Notes: a model not told the origin generated them from the letters alone. DNA of 64,000 nucleotides from an uncultured Gemmataceae bacterium (GCA_963750165.1 CAVVPN010000004.1:864001-928000); one strand, 5' to 3'; positions 49,581 to 59,893 are shown, counted from the stretch's first letter. Translations and numbers: made by a program.

Positions 49581-51100
49581 CTTGGCAGTCGCACTTTTCC
49601 GAGTGCTCAAACCGCGAGATTTACGCAGTTTTTCAGCGCTTCGATGAGTTTCAGGAGTTCCGTTGCATCGGCCGACTTGGGTTTAATTAGGGCGTTCAAA
49701 GTCGCCCGCCGCAACACGGCAACCATATGACGCAACGACCATTCACTCTCCCAGGGTCCCATCACTTGGCGCAATTCCTCCGCCTCCGGCAACTGCCGAC
49801 CGGCGGTAAGATACCACACCATCACGACGCTCTGCAACGACCACACCCACGGCGCCACCTTCTCCACCGCTTCCCGACTGTAGTGTTGTGGCGCCTCGAG
49901 GTCCAGCACCTGTTTGCTCGCCCGGAACAGTACCTCAATGGACCAGCGCCAGGCGAACTGCGTAATCACCCACCCCACGTCCGCACGCACGTCGGTCGTG
50001 AACAGGTAGGCATCGTCCAACTTCCCGTCCGGGTCGCGCACCACCACCACCTGCACCGGCCGCAACCCCAACACCCGCGGCCACACCGCCCGGTAGGCGA
50101 ACGCCCGCAGGACGCGCTGCTCCCCGTAGACGGTCACCGTCACCGCCTGCCACACCCAGTCCCCGGTGGCCACGCGCTTACGGTCGGCCTTGGCGGCGGC
50201 TGCTTTGGGGTTGGGCAGACGCGGCCCCTTCTGCGCCTTGCGGCCGCGCCGGCCGGGCTTGGCCTGAGGCAGACGCGGGTCGTACACGGCCGCGTCGCCG
50301 CGCAACCGGCCGACGAAGGTCACGCGCTCGTCCAGGTCCGCCAGCAGCGCTTGGGCCGCGTAAGCGCCGTCGGCCACCAGGGTAAAGCGCCGGCCGGGGA
50401 ACCAGGCCAGCACTTCGGCGAGCAGCGCGCGCGCCAGCAGTGGGCAGGACGGCTGCGCCTGGCCGGGCCGGTGCAACCGGGCCAGCAAGGGCAACGCCAG
50501 GATCGGGGCGTTCGCGAAGGGCAGGCAGACGGCGACGGCGACGACCACCCAGTTGTGCCCCGCGGCCGTGGCGGTGCGTTTGCGGGTCGAGGCGACGGCA
50601 TCGCGGAACCAGCCGAGGCCCCAGACGTGCTTGCCGCGCTTGTGGGCCAGGGTGTCGTCCACCAACAGCGTGATGGTGCCGCCCAGGTGGAGGCGCGTCA
50701 GGATGAGGACGGCGACGTGGTAGGCCAACCCGGTCACGGTCCAGGCGGAGCGCGCAAAGAAGTTGTAGGTGGTGTCCAGGCCGTGGCGCCGGGAATGGTC
50801 CCGCAAGTCTTGGGGTTGGGCGGTGTCGGCGACGCGACAGAGGCGGTGCTGGCCCAGGCACATCACCCAGCCGAGCACGAGTTGGCAGTGGGTGTGGAAC
50901 GAGGGCAGGGTGAAGGCCGGGGCGAGGGCTTGGACGATGGGCTGGAGAGAAGCTATCATCAGCCACATGAGGGGCTCCTTCCGGCGAGTGCATGGCTTGA
51001 GAACCTATGCACAAACTTAGGAGGAACCCCTCTCTCTTTCTGCGACAGCCCCGTGACACTATCGGTGTTCGTCTGTTCATGGAAGCGTGCGACAGTTCAG
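49581..51100 (-). mobile_element. IS701-family insertion sequence, 1520 bp, with GTAC 4-bp target duplication
   Basis: gtac at 49577-49580 and 51101-51104 versus a single gtac in copy 1. Imperfect TIRs cttggcagtcgcacttttcc vs ctgaactgtcgcacgcttcc (reverse complement of right end), 14/20 matches. Confidence 0.93.
49607..50968 (-). CDS. IS701-family DDE transposase
   Basis: LLVDDTLAHKRGKHVWG, GHNWVV, LVADGAYA, GRLRGDA, YLFTTD, RWSIEVLFRASKQVL. Confidence 0.92.
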   Translation of the reverse strand: MWLMIASLQPIVQALAPAFTLPSFHTHCQLVLGWVMCLGQHRLCRVADTAQPQDLRDHSRRHGLDTTYNFFARSAWTVTGLAYHVAVLILTRLHLGGTITLLVDDTLAHKRGKHVWGLGWFRDAVASTRKRTATAAGHNWVVVAVAVCLPFANAPILALPLLARLHRPGQAQPSCPLLARALLAEVLAWFPGRRFTLVADGAYAAQALLADLDERVTFVGRLRGDAAVYDPRLPQAKPGRRGRKAQKGPRLPNPKAAAAKADRKRVATGDWVWQAVTVTVYGEQRVLRAFAYRAVWPRVLGLRPVQVVVVRDPDGKLDDAYLFTTDVRADVGWVITQFAWRWSIEVLFRASKQVLDLEAPQHYSREAVEKVAPWVWSLQSVVMVWYLTAGRQLPEAEELRQVMGPWESEWSLRHMVAVLRRATLNALIKPKSADATELLKLIEALKNCVNLAV

Positions 51101-52571
51101 GTACAGCATCGTGCAGTTCGTCGATGACCGCCGGCTCGGCCCGGCGTTTCAATTCCTGTCGGAACACCGCGTCCTCGACGCTGACGGCAAGCTGATCGCC
51201 TACCGCAACCTGCACAAGATCCGCGAAAAACTGGAGCCGATCTTCCTGCGCCGCACCCGCGCCGAGGTGCTCAGCCAGCTGCCGGAGCGGACGCAGAACG
51301 TCGTCTACGTCGAGCTGGCCGACGCCCAGCGCGGCCCCTACGCCGATCAGCAGGCCACGCTCACGCGCCTCGTCCACAAAAAATATCTCTCGGAGGTGGA
51401 TCGTCGCAGAATCCTGTGTGCCATCGTCAACATGCGCATGCTCTGCGACAGCACGTACCTGTTCGACAAGCAGACGAATGTCTCGCCGAAGCTGGAGGAA
51501 CTGGCGGAGTTGCTGAAGCAACTCATCCTTGAAGGACCGCACAAGGTTGTCATCTTCAGTCAGTGGGAGCTGATGCTGCAAAAGGTGGCGGAGGTGGTGC
51601 AGGGGCTGGGCATCGGCCACGCGGTGCTGCACGGCGGCGTACCGGGCAAGGAGCGGCGCGGCCTGCTGGAGCGCTTCCGCGAAGACCCGAGTTGCCGGGC
51701 GTTCCTGAGCACCGACGCGGGCGGCACCGGCCTGAATTTGCAGGCGGCCGACACGGTCATCAACGTGGACGTGCCGTGGAACCCCGCCGTGCTGGACCAG
51801 CGCATCGCCCGCGTCCACCGCCTGGGCCAGCACCGGCCGGTGCAGGTCATCAACCTCGTGACGCGCGGCAGCATCGAGGAGCGCGTGCTGCGGACGCTGA
51901 CGATGAAGCGGACGCTGTTCGAGGGCGTCTTCACGGGCGGCAGCGATGAAGTTGGCTTCCAGGCACTGGGCCACACGGCGTTCCTGGACACGATGCGGCA
52001 GCTGGCGTCCGAGGAGGAGCCGCGACCGGTGGCGGAGCCGACGGCCCCGACGCCCGCGCCGGCCCAACCGGGCGTCGATCCGCGGCAGGTGCTGCTGCAG
52101 GCGGGCGTGCAGTTCCTGGAGACGATCGCGGGGCTGTTCGCGACGCCGACGGGTAACGGTCAGGCGGCGGACGTGCTCGGGGCGCTGTCGCCGGAGTTGT
52201 TGCAGCGCGGGGCGGCGGCGCTGCAGACGATCGTGCAGGGCCTGAGCAAACCGCGGCCGCAGGAGCCGGACAGGCAGAAGCCCGCGGGGCCTTGATCGAA
52301 GTGAAGAATCCGGAGTAGCCTGCGTGCGTGCCGTGGAGGTGAACTGGCGCACGGAGCCCTTCGGCAAGACGAAACACCGCTACGTCCCGACCGGCGGCGT
52401 TGTCGAGATGCACGGTCCTAACTGGCAGGCGCTGCGCCAGCTGCACGCCTGGTAAAACCCCATCCCGATTGCCGGCGAACGCCCATTCACACCTCAACCG
52501 CCTGGCACCGGCCGGCCGATAGGTGCTTTGCCCAACCTGCCTGGTTCCCCGCAGTCGGAGACATTCTTCGC

Positions 52572-52865
52572 ATGGAAGCCGTCGTGTCGCTGCCGACCCT
52601 GGAGGCGCTGCGTCAGTTCGTCAAGACGCAGCTCTGTCTCCACGACCACCTGGACCTGAAACAGACGCCGCTGTTTCAGGCCGTCGTCTCCAGGCGCGGT
52701 CGGCCGTGTGGGTTGTTCTTTCAGGTGCAGGGGCCGCGCTTGCTGAAGACGTATGCGCTGTGGACGGGAGAGGAGAATCGCATTATTTTCTATGATTCGC
52801 ACGGTGCCCGGTTTGGGGAGTGTCAGTTGATCGAGTCGCCGGACCCGTTGAAGTTGGCCGCCTGA
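52572..52865 (+). CDS. Small conserved hypothetical protein
   Basis: ggag RBS; RRGRPCGLFFQVQGPRLLKTYALW..NRIIFYDSHGARF. Confidence 0.75.
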   Translation: MEAVVSLPTLEALRQFVKTQLCLHDHLDLKQTPLFQAVVSRRGRPCGLFFQVQGPRLLKTYALWTGEENRIIFYDSHGARFGECQLIESPDPLKLAA

Positions 52866-52867
52866 TT

Positions 52868-52924
52868 CAACAGGATTTCACCACGGAGCACGCAGAGAGC
52901 GTGCTCCGTGGTGAAATCCTGTTG
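52868..52924. terminator. Perfect 26-bp inverted repeat between convergent genes
   Basis: caacaggatttcaccacggagcacgc / gcgtgctccgtggtgaaatcctgttg. Confidence 0.75.
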
Positions 52925-52930
52925 TTTGAA

Positions 52931-54171
52931 TCAGAACCGCAGTTGCAACCGGCCGAGCCGCTCGGCGGTCTCCTTCATGAGGCCATCTTCTTCCGCCTCG
53001 TCCTTCGCCAGGTACGTCACCGAGAAGCGCAGGTACGCCCCGGCGTTGTCCCACGGCACACAGATCACCGACTGCTCATGAAGCAAAAACTGCGACGCCT
53101 CCTCCGCGTTGGCGAAACCGCGGTCGCCGCAGCCCTTCGGCGCCCGCACATACAGAAAATACGTGCCGCCCGGCATCTTCGCCTGGAAGCCGGCCTGGTT
53201 TAGCGCGTCCACCAGTTTCCGCAGCCGCCGCTGATACTTGGCCCGCGCCCGATCCGCGATGTCCGTGTGCTGCAGCGCCAGCGCTGACGCCTGCTGGATC
53301 GCCGCGAACTGGCCGGAGTCGCTGTTGTCCTTCACGTCCGCGAACGCCTGCACGATCTTCGGATGGCCGGCCACGAACGCCATGCGCCAGCCGATCATGT
53401 TGAAGCCCTTCGACAGCGAATGCACCTCAACGCCGACTTCCTTCGCCCCGTCGATTTGCAGGAAACTCAGCGGCGGCGCGTCGTAGCTCAGCAGGATGTG
53501 GGCGGCGTCCTGCACCACGACAATGCGGTTGGTCAGCGCGAAGTCGATCACCTGGCGGTAAAAGTCGCGCGTCGCCACGACGCCGGTCGGACTGTTCGGG
53601 TAGTTGATGACCATCAACTTGCGCGCTTGCGGATGTCCGCCGGGATGGCGCCGAGGTCGGGGTAGAAGCCGTTCTCCTCGCGCAGCGGCAGGTTGTAGAC
53701 CTCGCCACCGTAATATTTGGTGTGCGTGCCTGCGACGGGGTAGCCGGGCACCGTCATCAGCGTCACGTCGCCGGGGTTGATGAACGCGGCCGGCAGCATC
53801 GCCAGCGCCGGCTTCGAGCCAATCGCGTGGTTGACCTCCGTCACCGGGTCAATCGCCACGCCGAACTGCTGCTTCAGGAACGCCGCCGCCGCGTCCTTGA
53901 ACGCCTGAATGCCGTTGTCCGCGTAACCGCGGTTCTCCAGCCGGTCCACCTCGTGCTTGAGCGATTCGCGCACCAGGGGGTCGGCCATGTCGTCGTTTTC
54001 ACCGATGCCGAAGTCCAGCAACTGCCGTTCCGGGTGGGCCTGCTGCACGGCCCGTTTGGCGCGCTTGATCTTCTCGAACTTGTAGATTTCCGTGCCCTTG
54101 CCGTAGTTCGCGCCGCCCAGGCGGTTCGCGAATAGCGTCTGAAACCAGGGGTCGGCCGACGGTGTGCTCAT
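52931..54171 (-). CDS. dapL: LL-diaminopimelate aminotransferase, apparent frameshift at ~53620
   Basis: IYKFEKIKRAKR, DFGIGE, GYADNG, IGSKPALA and PGYPV in one frame; INYPNSPTG, VQDAAH, HSLSKGFNMIGWR and DSGQF in the next. The junction DIRKRA-KLM lacks one base. Confidence 0.88.
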
Positions 54172-54193
54172 CGCTGCGGGGTTCCTTCGTTTC

Positions 54194-54309
54194 CTCCCCT
54201 CGCCCCCTTCGGGGGGAGAGGGATCGGGGGTGAGGGAGGGTGATTCGCCCGAGGCAAGACCCAACCCCCTCACCCCCAACCCCTCACCCCTTGAAGGGGG
54301 CGAGGGGAG
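54194..54309. repeat. REP-like element (CCCCTCACCCCCAACCCCTC family)
   Basis: ctcccctcgcccccttcgggggg..ggggtgaggg and inverted cccctcacccccaacccctcacccc..gggggcgaggggag. Confidence 0.75.
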
Positions 54310-54560
54310 AAGCAGGCCAGGTTGCGCCCTTTCCCGGAGCAGAAAATTTATCCGGGGACGCCCCACCGATCAAGATGCCCCAACCGCCACGGCCTGCCAT
54401 TTTGGGGCTGAATTCTCCAGAGGCAGACTACCCCGCAGTGCCCCAGTCGGGTAAAATAGGACAATAGTTGTTTCAAACGGCGCAAGGGTTGCTCCCGCGC
54501 ACGGACGCCAATCCGGGTCACAACCGTCCCATGCGCCGGCAGATTAAGGGGTGACGACTC

Positions 54561-55187
54561 GTGCCACTCACTACCGAGGATCGCGGCCTCATCAAACGTT
54601 GCCTGAGCAAGGAACCGGGTGCGTGGAACGACTTCGTGGACCGGTTCCTCGGCCTCGTTTACCACGTCATCCACCACACCGCCCACCTGCGCAGCATGCC
54701 GCTGCGGCCCGAGGACACCGAGGATCTCGCCGCGGAAGTGATGCTGCAAATCGTCAGCAACGATTACGCCGCCCTGCGCCAGTTCCGCGGCCACAGCAGC
54801 CTGGCCACCTACCTGACCGTCATCGCCCGCCGGGTGTGCGTCCAGGAGTTGGCCCGCCGGGCCGTGGCGCGCGAGATTCAGCCCAAGGTCGATGGCGCCC
54901 GGGCCAACCACGAGGAGGCGGAAGAGGCCCCGCGCGCTGCCAGCGGCCTGGAAATGCTGGAGGAGGTCGGCAAACTGCTGGAGAAGTTGCCGGCCCGCGA
55001 GCGAAAGGTGGTTCGGCTGTTCTACATCGAAGGTCGCAGCTATGAGGAAATCGCCACGGAACTGAACATCCCGGTGAACAGCATTGGGCCGATTCTGTCG
55101 CGGGCCAAGAAAAAGATGCGGCAGGATGTCAAGAGCCCGCCGCCGCTGGTCCGGCCCCGGCCGCAGCAGCAGGCCGAGGAAGAATAA
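54561..55187 (+). CDS. ECF RNA polymerase sigma-70 factor
   Basis: AWNDFVDRFLGLVY, EDLAAEV, FRGHSSLATYLTVIARR, FYIEGRSYEEIATELNIPVNSIGPILSRAKKKMR. Confidence 0.92.
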   Translation: MPLTTEDRGLIKRCLSKEPGAWNDFVDRFLGLVYHVIHHTAHLRSMPLRPEDTEDLAAEVMLQIVSNDYAALRQFRGHSSLATYLTVIARRVCVQELARRAVAREIQPKVDGARANHEEAEEAPRAASGLEMLEEVGKLLEKLPARERKVVRLFYIEGRSYEEIATELNIPVNSIGPILSRAKKKMRQDVKSPPPLVRPRPQQQAEEE

Positions 55188-55195
55188 GGGCGACC

Positions 55196-55262
55196 GAACA
55201 ATGAGCACCCCGTTTACGTTTCGCGCTGTCTCCGCGAAACGTAAACGGGGTGCTCATTGTTC
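55196..55262. terminator. Perfect 30-bp inverted repeat between convergent genes
   Basis: gaacaatgagcaccccgtttacgtttcgcg / cgcgaaacgtaaacggggtgctcattgttc. Confidence 0.8.
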
Positions 55263-55274
55263 AGGCCGGGTGAA

Positions 55275-56228
55275 TCAACGCGGCCCGTAGCCAATGCCGC
55301 CGGCGCGCTGCAGCGAATTGGGCTGGGCGTCAGGCCGGCCCGAGGCCAGGTCAAAGGATGGGATGTTGCTCGGCGTCTGCCGCACGAACGCCCCCGCGGG
55401 CACGGGCGGATTGATCTCGACGTTGTTGAGCACCATGCCCAGTTTCAGCTTCTGCTCCGGCCAGCTCAGTTCGATCCGCCGCGGCACCACGCCGCCGCCG
55501 TTCTTGTCGAACTGCACCTCGGTCACGTGCGCCGAACAGATGACCTTGCCGCTCTCGTCTTCCAGCAGGTAGTCGGTGATCTGCGGATTATTGCCTTGCG
55601 CCTTGCGGCGGTTGAAGACCGTCACCTTGCGCACCAACTGTCCCTGCGGCGAGCGGGTTTTCTCGACCAGTTTGAGCCGCTCCGGCTCAACAACCACCTG
55701 CGGTTCGTAGCGCGTCGCGGGACCGTACTGGCCCATACCCAGCGTCTCCATGATCCAGTCCGGCTGGAACGGGAAGGGCAGGAAGCGCACCTTGCCTTGC
55801 TGGAGTGCCTGGTAAGAGCAGTGATACTGCGGCGAGACGTTCAGGCCCCTGGGCGGTTCCGCCTTGCTGATCCAGTACCAGAATTCCTGGTCGTTCGAGC
55901 CGAGGTCTACCACCTCCTTGCCGAGTACCGGTCCCTGCGCCTTCATGCGGAAGTTACGCGGCTGCTGGCACATCATCTGGCCAGGGGCGCCGATGGCCAC
56001 GACGCCATTGTGGACGGTCATGCCCACATCGGAGCAGCGCAGCGACTTGATGCGCGCGGCGTTCTCGTCCATGTAGTTCACGAGGGCGGCCACGGTCGGC
56101 ACCTCCTGCGGCGACAGCGGCGGTTGCTTGTCGCGGTCGTTGCGCAGGATGTTCAGCCGGCCGTTCGGGTTGCAGCCGAGCGCCAGCACGAACAGGCCCA
56201 GGCCCAAAAGCGCAATGAATCGCCTCAT
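55275..56228 (-). CDS. Lipoprotein, possibly LolA/LolB-like beta fold
   Basis: Lipobox LALGC; PRNFRM, DLGSNDQEFWYW, VVPRRIELSWP. Confidence 0.7.
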   Translation of the reverse strand: MRRFIALLGLGLFVLALGCNPNGRLNILRNDRDKQPPLSPQEVPTVAALVNYMDENAARIKSLRCSDVGMTVHNGVVAIGAPGQMMCQQPRNFRMKAQGPVLGKEVVDLGSNDQEFWYWISKAEPPRGLNVSPQYHCSYQALQQGKVRFLPFPFQPDWIMETLGMGQYGPATRYEPQVVVEPERLKLVEKTRSPQGQLVRKVTVFNRRKAQGNNPQITDYLLEDESGKVICSAHVTEVQFDKNGGGVVPRRIELSWPEQKLKLGMVLNNVEINPPVPAGAFVRQTPSNIPSFDLASGRPDAQPNSLQRAGGIGYGPR

Positions 56229-56272
56229 TTCGATCGCCTGCCTTTCGAGCAAGGACGACGGGGGAAACACCA

Positions 56273-56758
56273 TTATTGCCAGCCGAGGACCTGAAACACT
56301 TCCTCCTGAACCGCCTTCATCTGCTCTTCCGTGAGCCGCGGATTGACCACCTCCAGCCGGTTACCCGTGCGCACGCAGCGGAGGATCAGCACTTCCTGCT
56401 CGTCCTCCGTGCGGGCCTCTTCAAACTTGAAACGCTTGCGGCGCATCAGCAGCAGCGCGATCACGAAGCGAAAATTCACCCGACCCAGCTCGGTCTGATG
56501 CTCCAGACGGGTGAAGCATTCGACGAGCATGTCGTCGTCGATGCGCGGCCGCTTCGCCTCCTCGCGGGCCGGGACACGGCCGCACCAGAAACTGAACGCC
56601 TCCGGCGGTGGCCCGTGCCACGCCTCGCTGCTGTAGTCGCGGCGGACGAACTGGTTCCCTTCGTCGAGGAGCGCCGTGAAAAACTTCTCGCCGGGTTGCA
56701 GTTCGCGTCCGGTGACGGCACAGCGGCGCGTGTTCGGCTGGATCTGGTAGTCGGTCAT
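56273..56758 (-). CDS. Conserved hypothetical protein
   Basis: ggagg RBS; RRCAVTGRELQPGE, RRDYS..AW, FSFW, LLLMRRKRF. Confidence 0.8.
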   Translation of the reverse strand: MTDYQIQPNTRRCAVTGRELQPGEKFFTALLDEGNQFVRRDYSSEAWHGPPPEAFSFWCGRVPAREEAKRPRIDDDMLVECFTRLEHQTELGRVNFRFVIALLLMRRKRFKFEEARTEDEQEVLILRCVRTGNRLEVVNPRLTEEQMKAVQEEVFQVLGWQ

Positions 56759-56950
56759 CTGCCCCTCCCAACGAGTCCGTGACGGGAGTCGGGGCTCGGC
56801 ACCAATTCATCGTATCGGCGATCGCGCCGACCGAGCAAGATTCACCGCACCCGCTCCGCCTGTATTTTCACACCTCGGGGGCCGACCGCAACGGTCGGGC
56901 AGGCCGTGCGTTTCGTGGCGAGTGCGCTGGATGTGGCCGGCGTGACGGTT

Positions 56951-58357
56951 TTACCTGGGCAACCACCGCTGCAACTCGGCCAGCACTTCCCGCGGCGTCT
57001 GGGCGCCCCAGCCGGTGAAGCCGCCGCGCAGCACCCCGTCGCTGTCCAGCAGCACCAGCCGCGGCGTTGTGTCCACGCCAAACGTCTGGTGCAGTCCCTG
57101 GCCGTCGAGGATGGGGAACGACAGCCGCATCTCCGTGTGTTGCTTGCGCACCTGTTCGGGGTTGTCGCTGACCGCCATGCCGATGACCGTCAGGCCCGGC
57201 CGGTACTTCTCGCTCAGCGCCTGGCCGAAGCGCAGCACCTCCACACCAATCGGGCTCTCGGGGTTGTAGAAAATCAGCAGCAGCGGCCGGCCGAACAGGG
57301 TGTGCAGTCGCACCGACTGCTGGCTAATCAGGTCGGTCACCACCGCGTCCGGCACATGGCGGCCCATGGTCAGGGCGGTCGGCACCTCCTCCTCGGTCGC
57401 CGGCAGGTCCGGCAGCGTCTGGCCACGGCGGGCGGCGTCGATGCGCTTCTGCACCTGCTGGACCGCCTTGCGATACGGCGTCGGCGGCTGGTTGTCGAGG
57501 TGCGCAGTGATGCGCCGCAGCAGGGCTTCCAGCGGCTGGCGATACTGGTTCGGGTCGCGCAGCAGGGGCACCGCCTCGTCCCAGAACTTCCGCGCCTGAC
57601 GGATCTCATCAGCCCGGTCGTCGAACAGTTTGCCGGGGTAGGTCAGACGGCTGTCCAGATCGTAGCGGAGCACGGCCCGGTGCGTTGGCTCCTTGCGCAG
57701 CGGGTCGCGCCGCTCCAGCACGCGCTCGACGCGGTAAGCGATGCCCAGCTGTGGCGACAGCCAAACGGTGTCGCGGCGCTGCCAGGCAGTGCTGTCGCCG
57801 CGCGGCCGGTCCCAGTCGTCGGACTGCTGCGATCCGATCAGCTTGACGCAGCTGGCGCCGTTGACCACCTCCAGGCCGGCGACGCGCCAGGTGCGCGGCG
57901 GCCGGCCGACCTCAGCCACGACCCAGGAATCCTGCACGCCGACCCTGGCTCGCGGCACTTCTACCAGGGCGCCCCACTCGACGGTGGGCGGCCCCTCCAG
58001 CGGCGCGACCAGCCCCGCCGGCCCGCGGACGCGGCCCTGCGGTGTCACCTCCGCCACCTCCAGGCGCACCGACCACGGCGCCCCCGGCACCGGCGTGCCC
58101 AGCTGCGTGCGCCGGCTGAGCGACGTGTAAATCGCCACCTGATGCTTTTGTGCCGTGGCGTCGAGCACCAGCAGCGTCGTTTCGAGCTTGTAGGACGAGC
58201 ACCGTTGAATGCCGCCGTTCAGCGTGTCCTCGACGAACGAGCCGGTGTACACCAGCTCCAGCCCACGGACGAACTGCGGGCTGAGCAGCCAGTCGGAGCG
58301 GCTGGGCACCTGGGCCGTCGCCAGGGAACAGGTGAGCAGGCAAAGTGTCGCGATCAT
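56951..58357 (-). CDS. Secreted protein with a C-terminal redoxin/TlpA-like domain lacking CXXC
   Basis: Signal peptide; C-terminal GRHVPD..GRPLLLIFY..VIGMAV..LSFPILDG..FGVDTTPRLVLLDSDGVLR. Confidence 0.8.
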   Translation of the reverse strand: MIATLCLLTCSLATAQVPSRSDWLLSPQFVRGLELVYTGSFVEDTLNGGIQRCSSYKLETTLLVLDATAQKHQVAIYTSLSRRTQLGTPVPGAPWSVRLEVAEVTPQGRVRGPAGLVAPLEGPPTVEWGALVEVPRARVGVQDSWVVAEVGRPPRTWRVAGLEVVNGASCVKLIGSQQSDDWDRPRGDSTAWQRRDTVWLSPQLGIAYRVERVLERRDPLRKEPTHRAVLRYDLDSRLTYPGKLFDDRADEIRQARKFWDEAVPLLRDPNQYRQPLEALLRRITAHLDNQPPTPYRKAVQQVQKRIDAARRGQTLPDLPATEEEVPTALTMGRHVPDAVVTDLISQQSVRLHTLFGRPLLLIFYNPESPIGVEVLRFGQALSEKYRPGLTVIGMAVSDNPEQVRKQHTEMRLSFPILDGQGLHQTFGVDTTPRLVLLDSDGVLRGGFTGWGAQTPREVLAELQRWLPR

Positions 58358-58501
58358 GGGCCCCTTCGCTGAAAATAGTCCGGTGATCGCCGCTGCCGCG
58401 CGCACGCGGCCCTGGCGGCTGGGTGCCGCTCGGAGAGGTCAATGCGGGGCGGAGTATAGCAACCGACCGAATTGTCACAAGCGAGGTTTTTTCGCGCCGG
58501 T

Positions 58502-59893
58502 TCACGCGCCGCCGGCGGCCTCCGGCTCTGGCACAATCGGGCGCTCGCTGACGCCGTTTGCCACAGCAAGGGGGCCAAGGGGGCCAAGGGGGCCAACGTT
58601 TTCATACGTCGAGATTTGGCCCTCTTGATCCTCGGGGACCAGCGCCGGCTCGGCCGCCGGCCGTAACTTGCCGGCCAGGTAAATGCCTGCCAGCGACGTG
58701 GCACACGCCAGCAGTCCCACCAGCGGATAGCCCTCCACAGGTGCGTCCTTGTGGGCCTGGTGCAGGAACAGACTGGCGGCGCCGGTGGCCAGCCCCATCG
58801 CAATCTGCTGCACCGCCATGTTGATGCTCATGAAACTACCGCGGTACGCCGGCCGGGCGCTCGCCGTTACCAGCGCCATCGCCGGCACCATACGACCGCT
58901 CACCAGCACCATGTACAGCGTCGTGACCAGCAGCGTCACCGCCACCGGGTTCGGCCCCAGGTTCGTCATCAACACGATCGGCACCAGCGCCAGCAGTTGC
59001 AGCACGCGGAACATGTACAGCTTGCCGAACCGGTCCGCCAACCGGCCGAACAGCGAGGTCGTGATTGCGGTCGCCGCGCCGCCGCAGAGGTACATCCAGG
59101 GCAGGTCGTGCAGCGACATTCCGGTGTTGCGAATCAGGTACGTGGGCAGATACGGGATGAGCGTGAATGACCCGAACACCAGCAGCATCATGAGCAGGTA
59201 GGCCCACAGGTGGCCGGGCACCAGCAGCACCTTCCACGGTGTCCGTGCGAGGTCAAAGCGGTTCGCCAGGTGATGGTGCAGCGGCGGCAACAGCACGGCT
59301 GCGCCCGCCCAGCACATGACGCTCAGCCCGGCCAGCAGCAGAAACGGCGTGCCGGTGCCGCCCAGGTCGGATGCCAGCAGTCCGGCCGGAATGCCGACGA
59401 TCATGGCCAACGAGAACGACGACATCACCACGCCCATCGCCAGGCCGCGCCGCTCCTCCGGGAACACGTCGCCGACGGTCGAGAGCACCACCGCCCCGAG
59501 CACGCCGCCGCACGCCCCGGCCACGCCGCGCGCCACCAGCAGCAGCGCGTAGTTCGGCGCCAGGCCGCAGGCCAGCGTGCCGAGCGTGAAGCCCGCGTAC
59601 AGCACCAGCAGCGCGCGCTTGCGGTCGAAGCGATCGACCAGGAACGCAGCCAGCAGCCCCGAGACCGCCGCGGCGTAGCCGTAGGTCTCCACCAGCAGGC
59701 CGAACTCGTGAATGCTGAGATTCAGGTCGCGCTGGTAGCGCGGCCCGAGCGGCATCATGATGATGAAATCGACGATGTGCGACACCTGGACCGCCGCCAG
59801 GATGCCCAGCAGCGCCCACTGGGCGGCGGTGATGGGCGGCGGTCCCTTGGCGGGTGGGGATGATTGGGCGGGTTCCTCCTGAGTCGATAGCAT
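58502..59893 (-). CDS. MFS transporter (DHA1-like)
   Basis: About 12 TM segments; DFIIMMPLGP, LVDRFDRKRALL, ARGVAGACGG, FPEERRG.AMG, GRLADRFGK. Confidence 0.93.
   Translation of the reverse strand: MLSTQEEPAQSSPPAKGPPPITAAQWALLGILAAVQVSHIVDFIIMMPLGPRYQRDLNLSIHEFGLLVETYGYAAAVSGLLAAFLVDRFDRKRALLVLYAGFTLGTLACGLAPNYALLLVARGVAGACGGVLGAVVLSTVGDVFPEERRGLAMGVVMSSFSLAMIVGIPAGLLASDLGGTGTPFLLLAGLSVMCWAGAAVLLPPLHHHLANRFDLARTPWKVLLVPGHLWAYLLMMLLVFGSFTLIPYLPTYLIRNTGMSLHDLPWMYLCGGAATAITTSLFGRLADRFGKLYMFRVLQLLALVPIVLMTNLGPNPVAVTLLVTTLYMVLVSGRMVPAMALVTASARPAYRGSFMSINMAVQQIAMGLATGAASLFLHQAHKDAPVEGYPLVGLLACATSLAGIYLAGKLRPAAEPALVPEDQEGQISTYENVGPLGPLGPLAVANGVSERPIVPEPEAAGGA
58567..58596. repeat. 9-bp tandem repeat (CAAGGGGGC)x3 in the MFS C-terminal tail
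   Basis: Encodes GPLGPLGPL on the minus strand. Confidence 0.7.

Larger units (their letters stand above)
48507..52295 (+). pseudogene. SWIM-SNF2 ATPase copy 2, interrupted by an IS701-family element
   Basis: 5' part ends KLEELY (49580) and 3' part resumes YSIVQFV (51101); both are collinear with copy 1. Confidence 0.93.
47532..52306 (+). repeat. Direct repeat copy 2 (with a 40-bp REP expansion and an IS insertion)
   Basis: Starts at cgggcggcagatccggc and ends tgatcgaagtgaag, matching copy 1 (tgatcgaggtgaag). Confidence 0.95.

Noticed and set aside
39399..52306. Composite transposon or prophage explanation for the duplication
   Set aside because: There is only one IS, internal to copy 2, and no integrase, att sites or phage genes.
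52320..52455. Short open frame VRAVEVNWRTEPFGKTKHRYVP…LHAW*
   Set aside because: Possibly a gene tail, but it has no clear start or family.
53614..54366. Longer dapL N-terminus (PSPPSRGEGLGVRG…)
   Set aside because: This is translation of the 54194-54309 repeat; similarity begins at MSTPSADPWFQ (54171).
58567..58596. Phase-variable repeat
   Set aside because: The unit is 9 bp (in frame), has only three copies and lies in a probably disordered tail.
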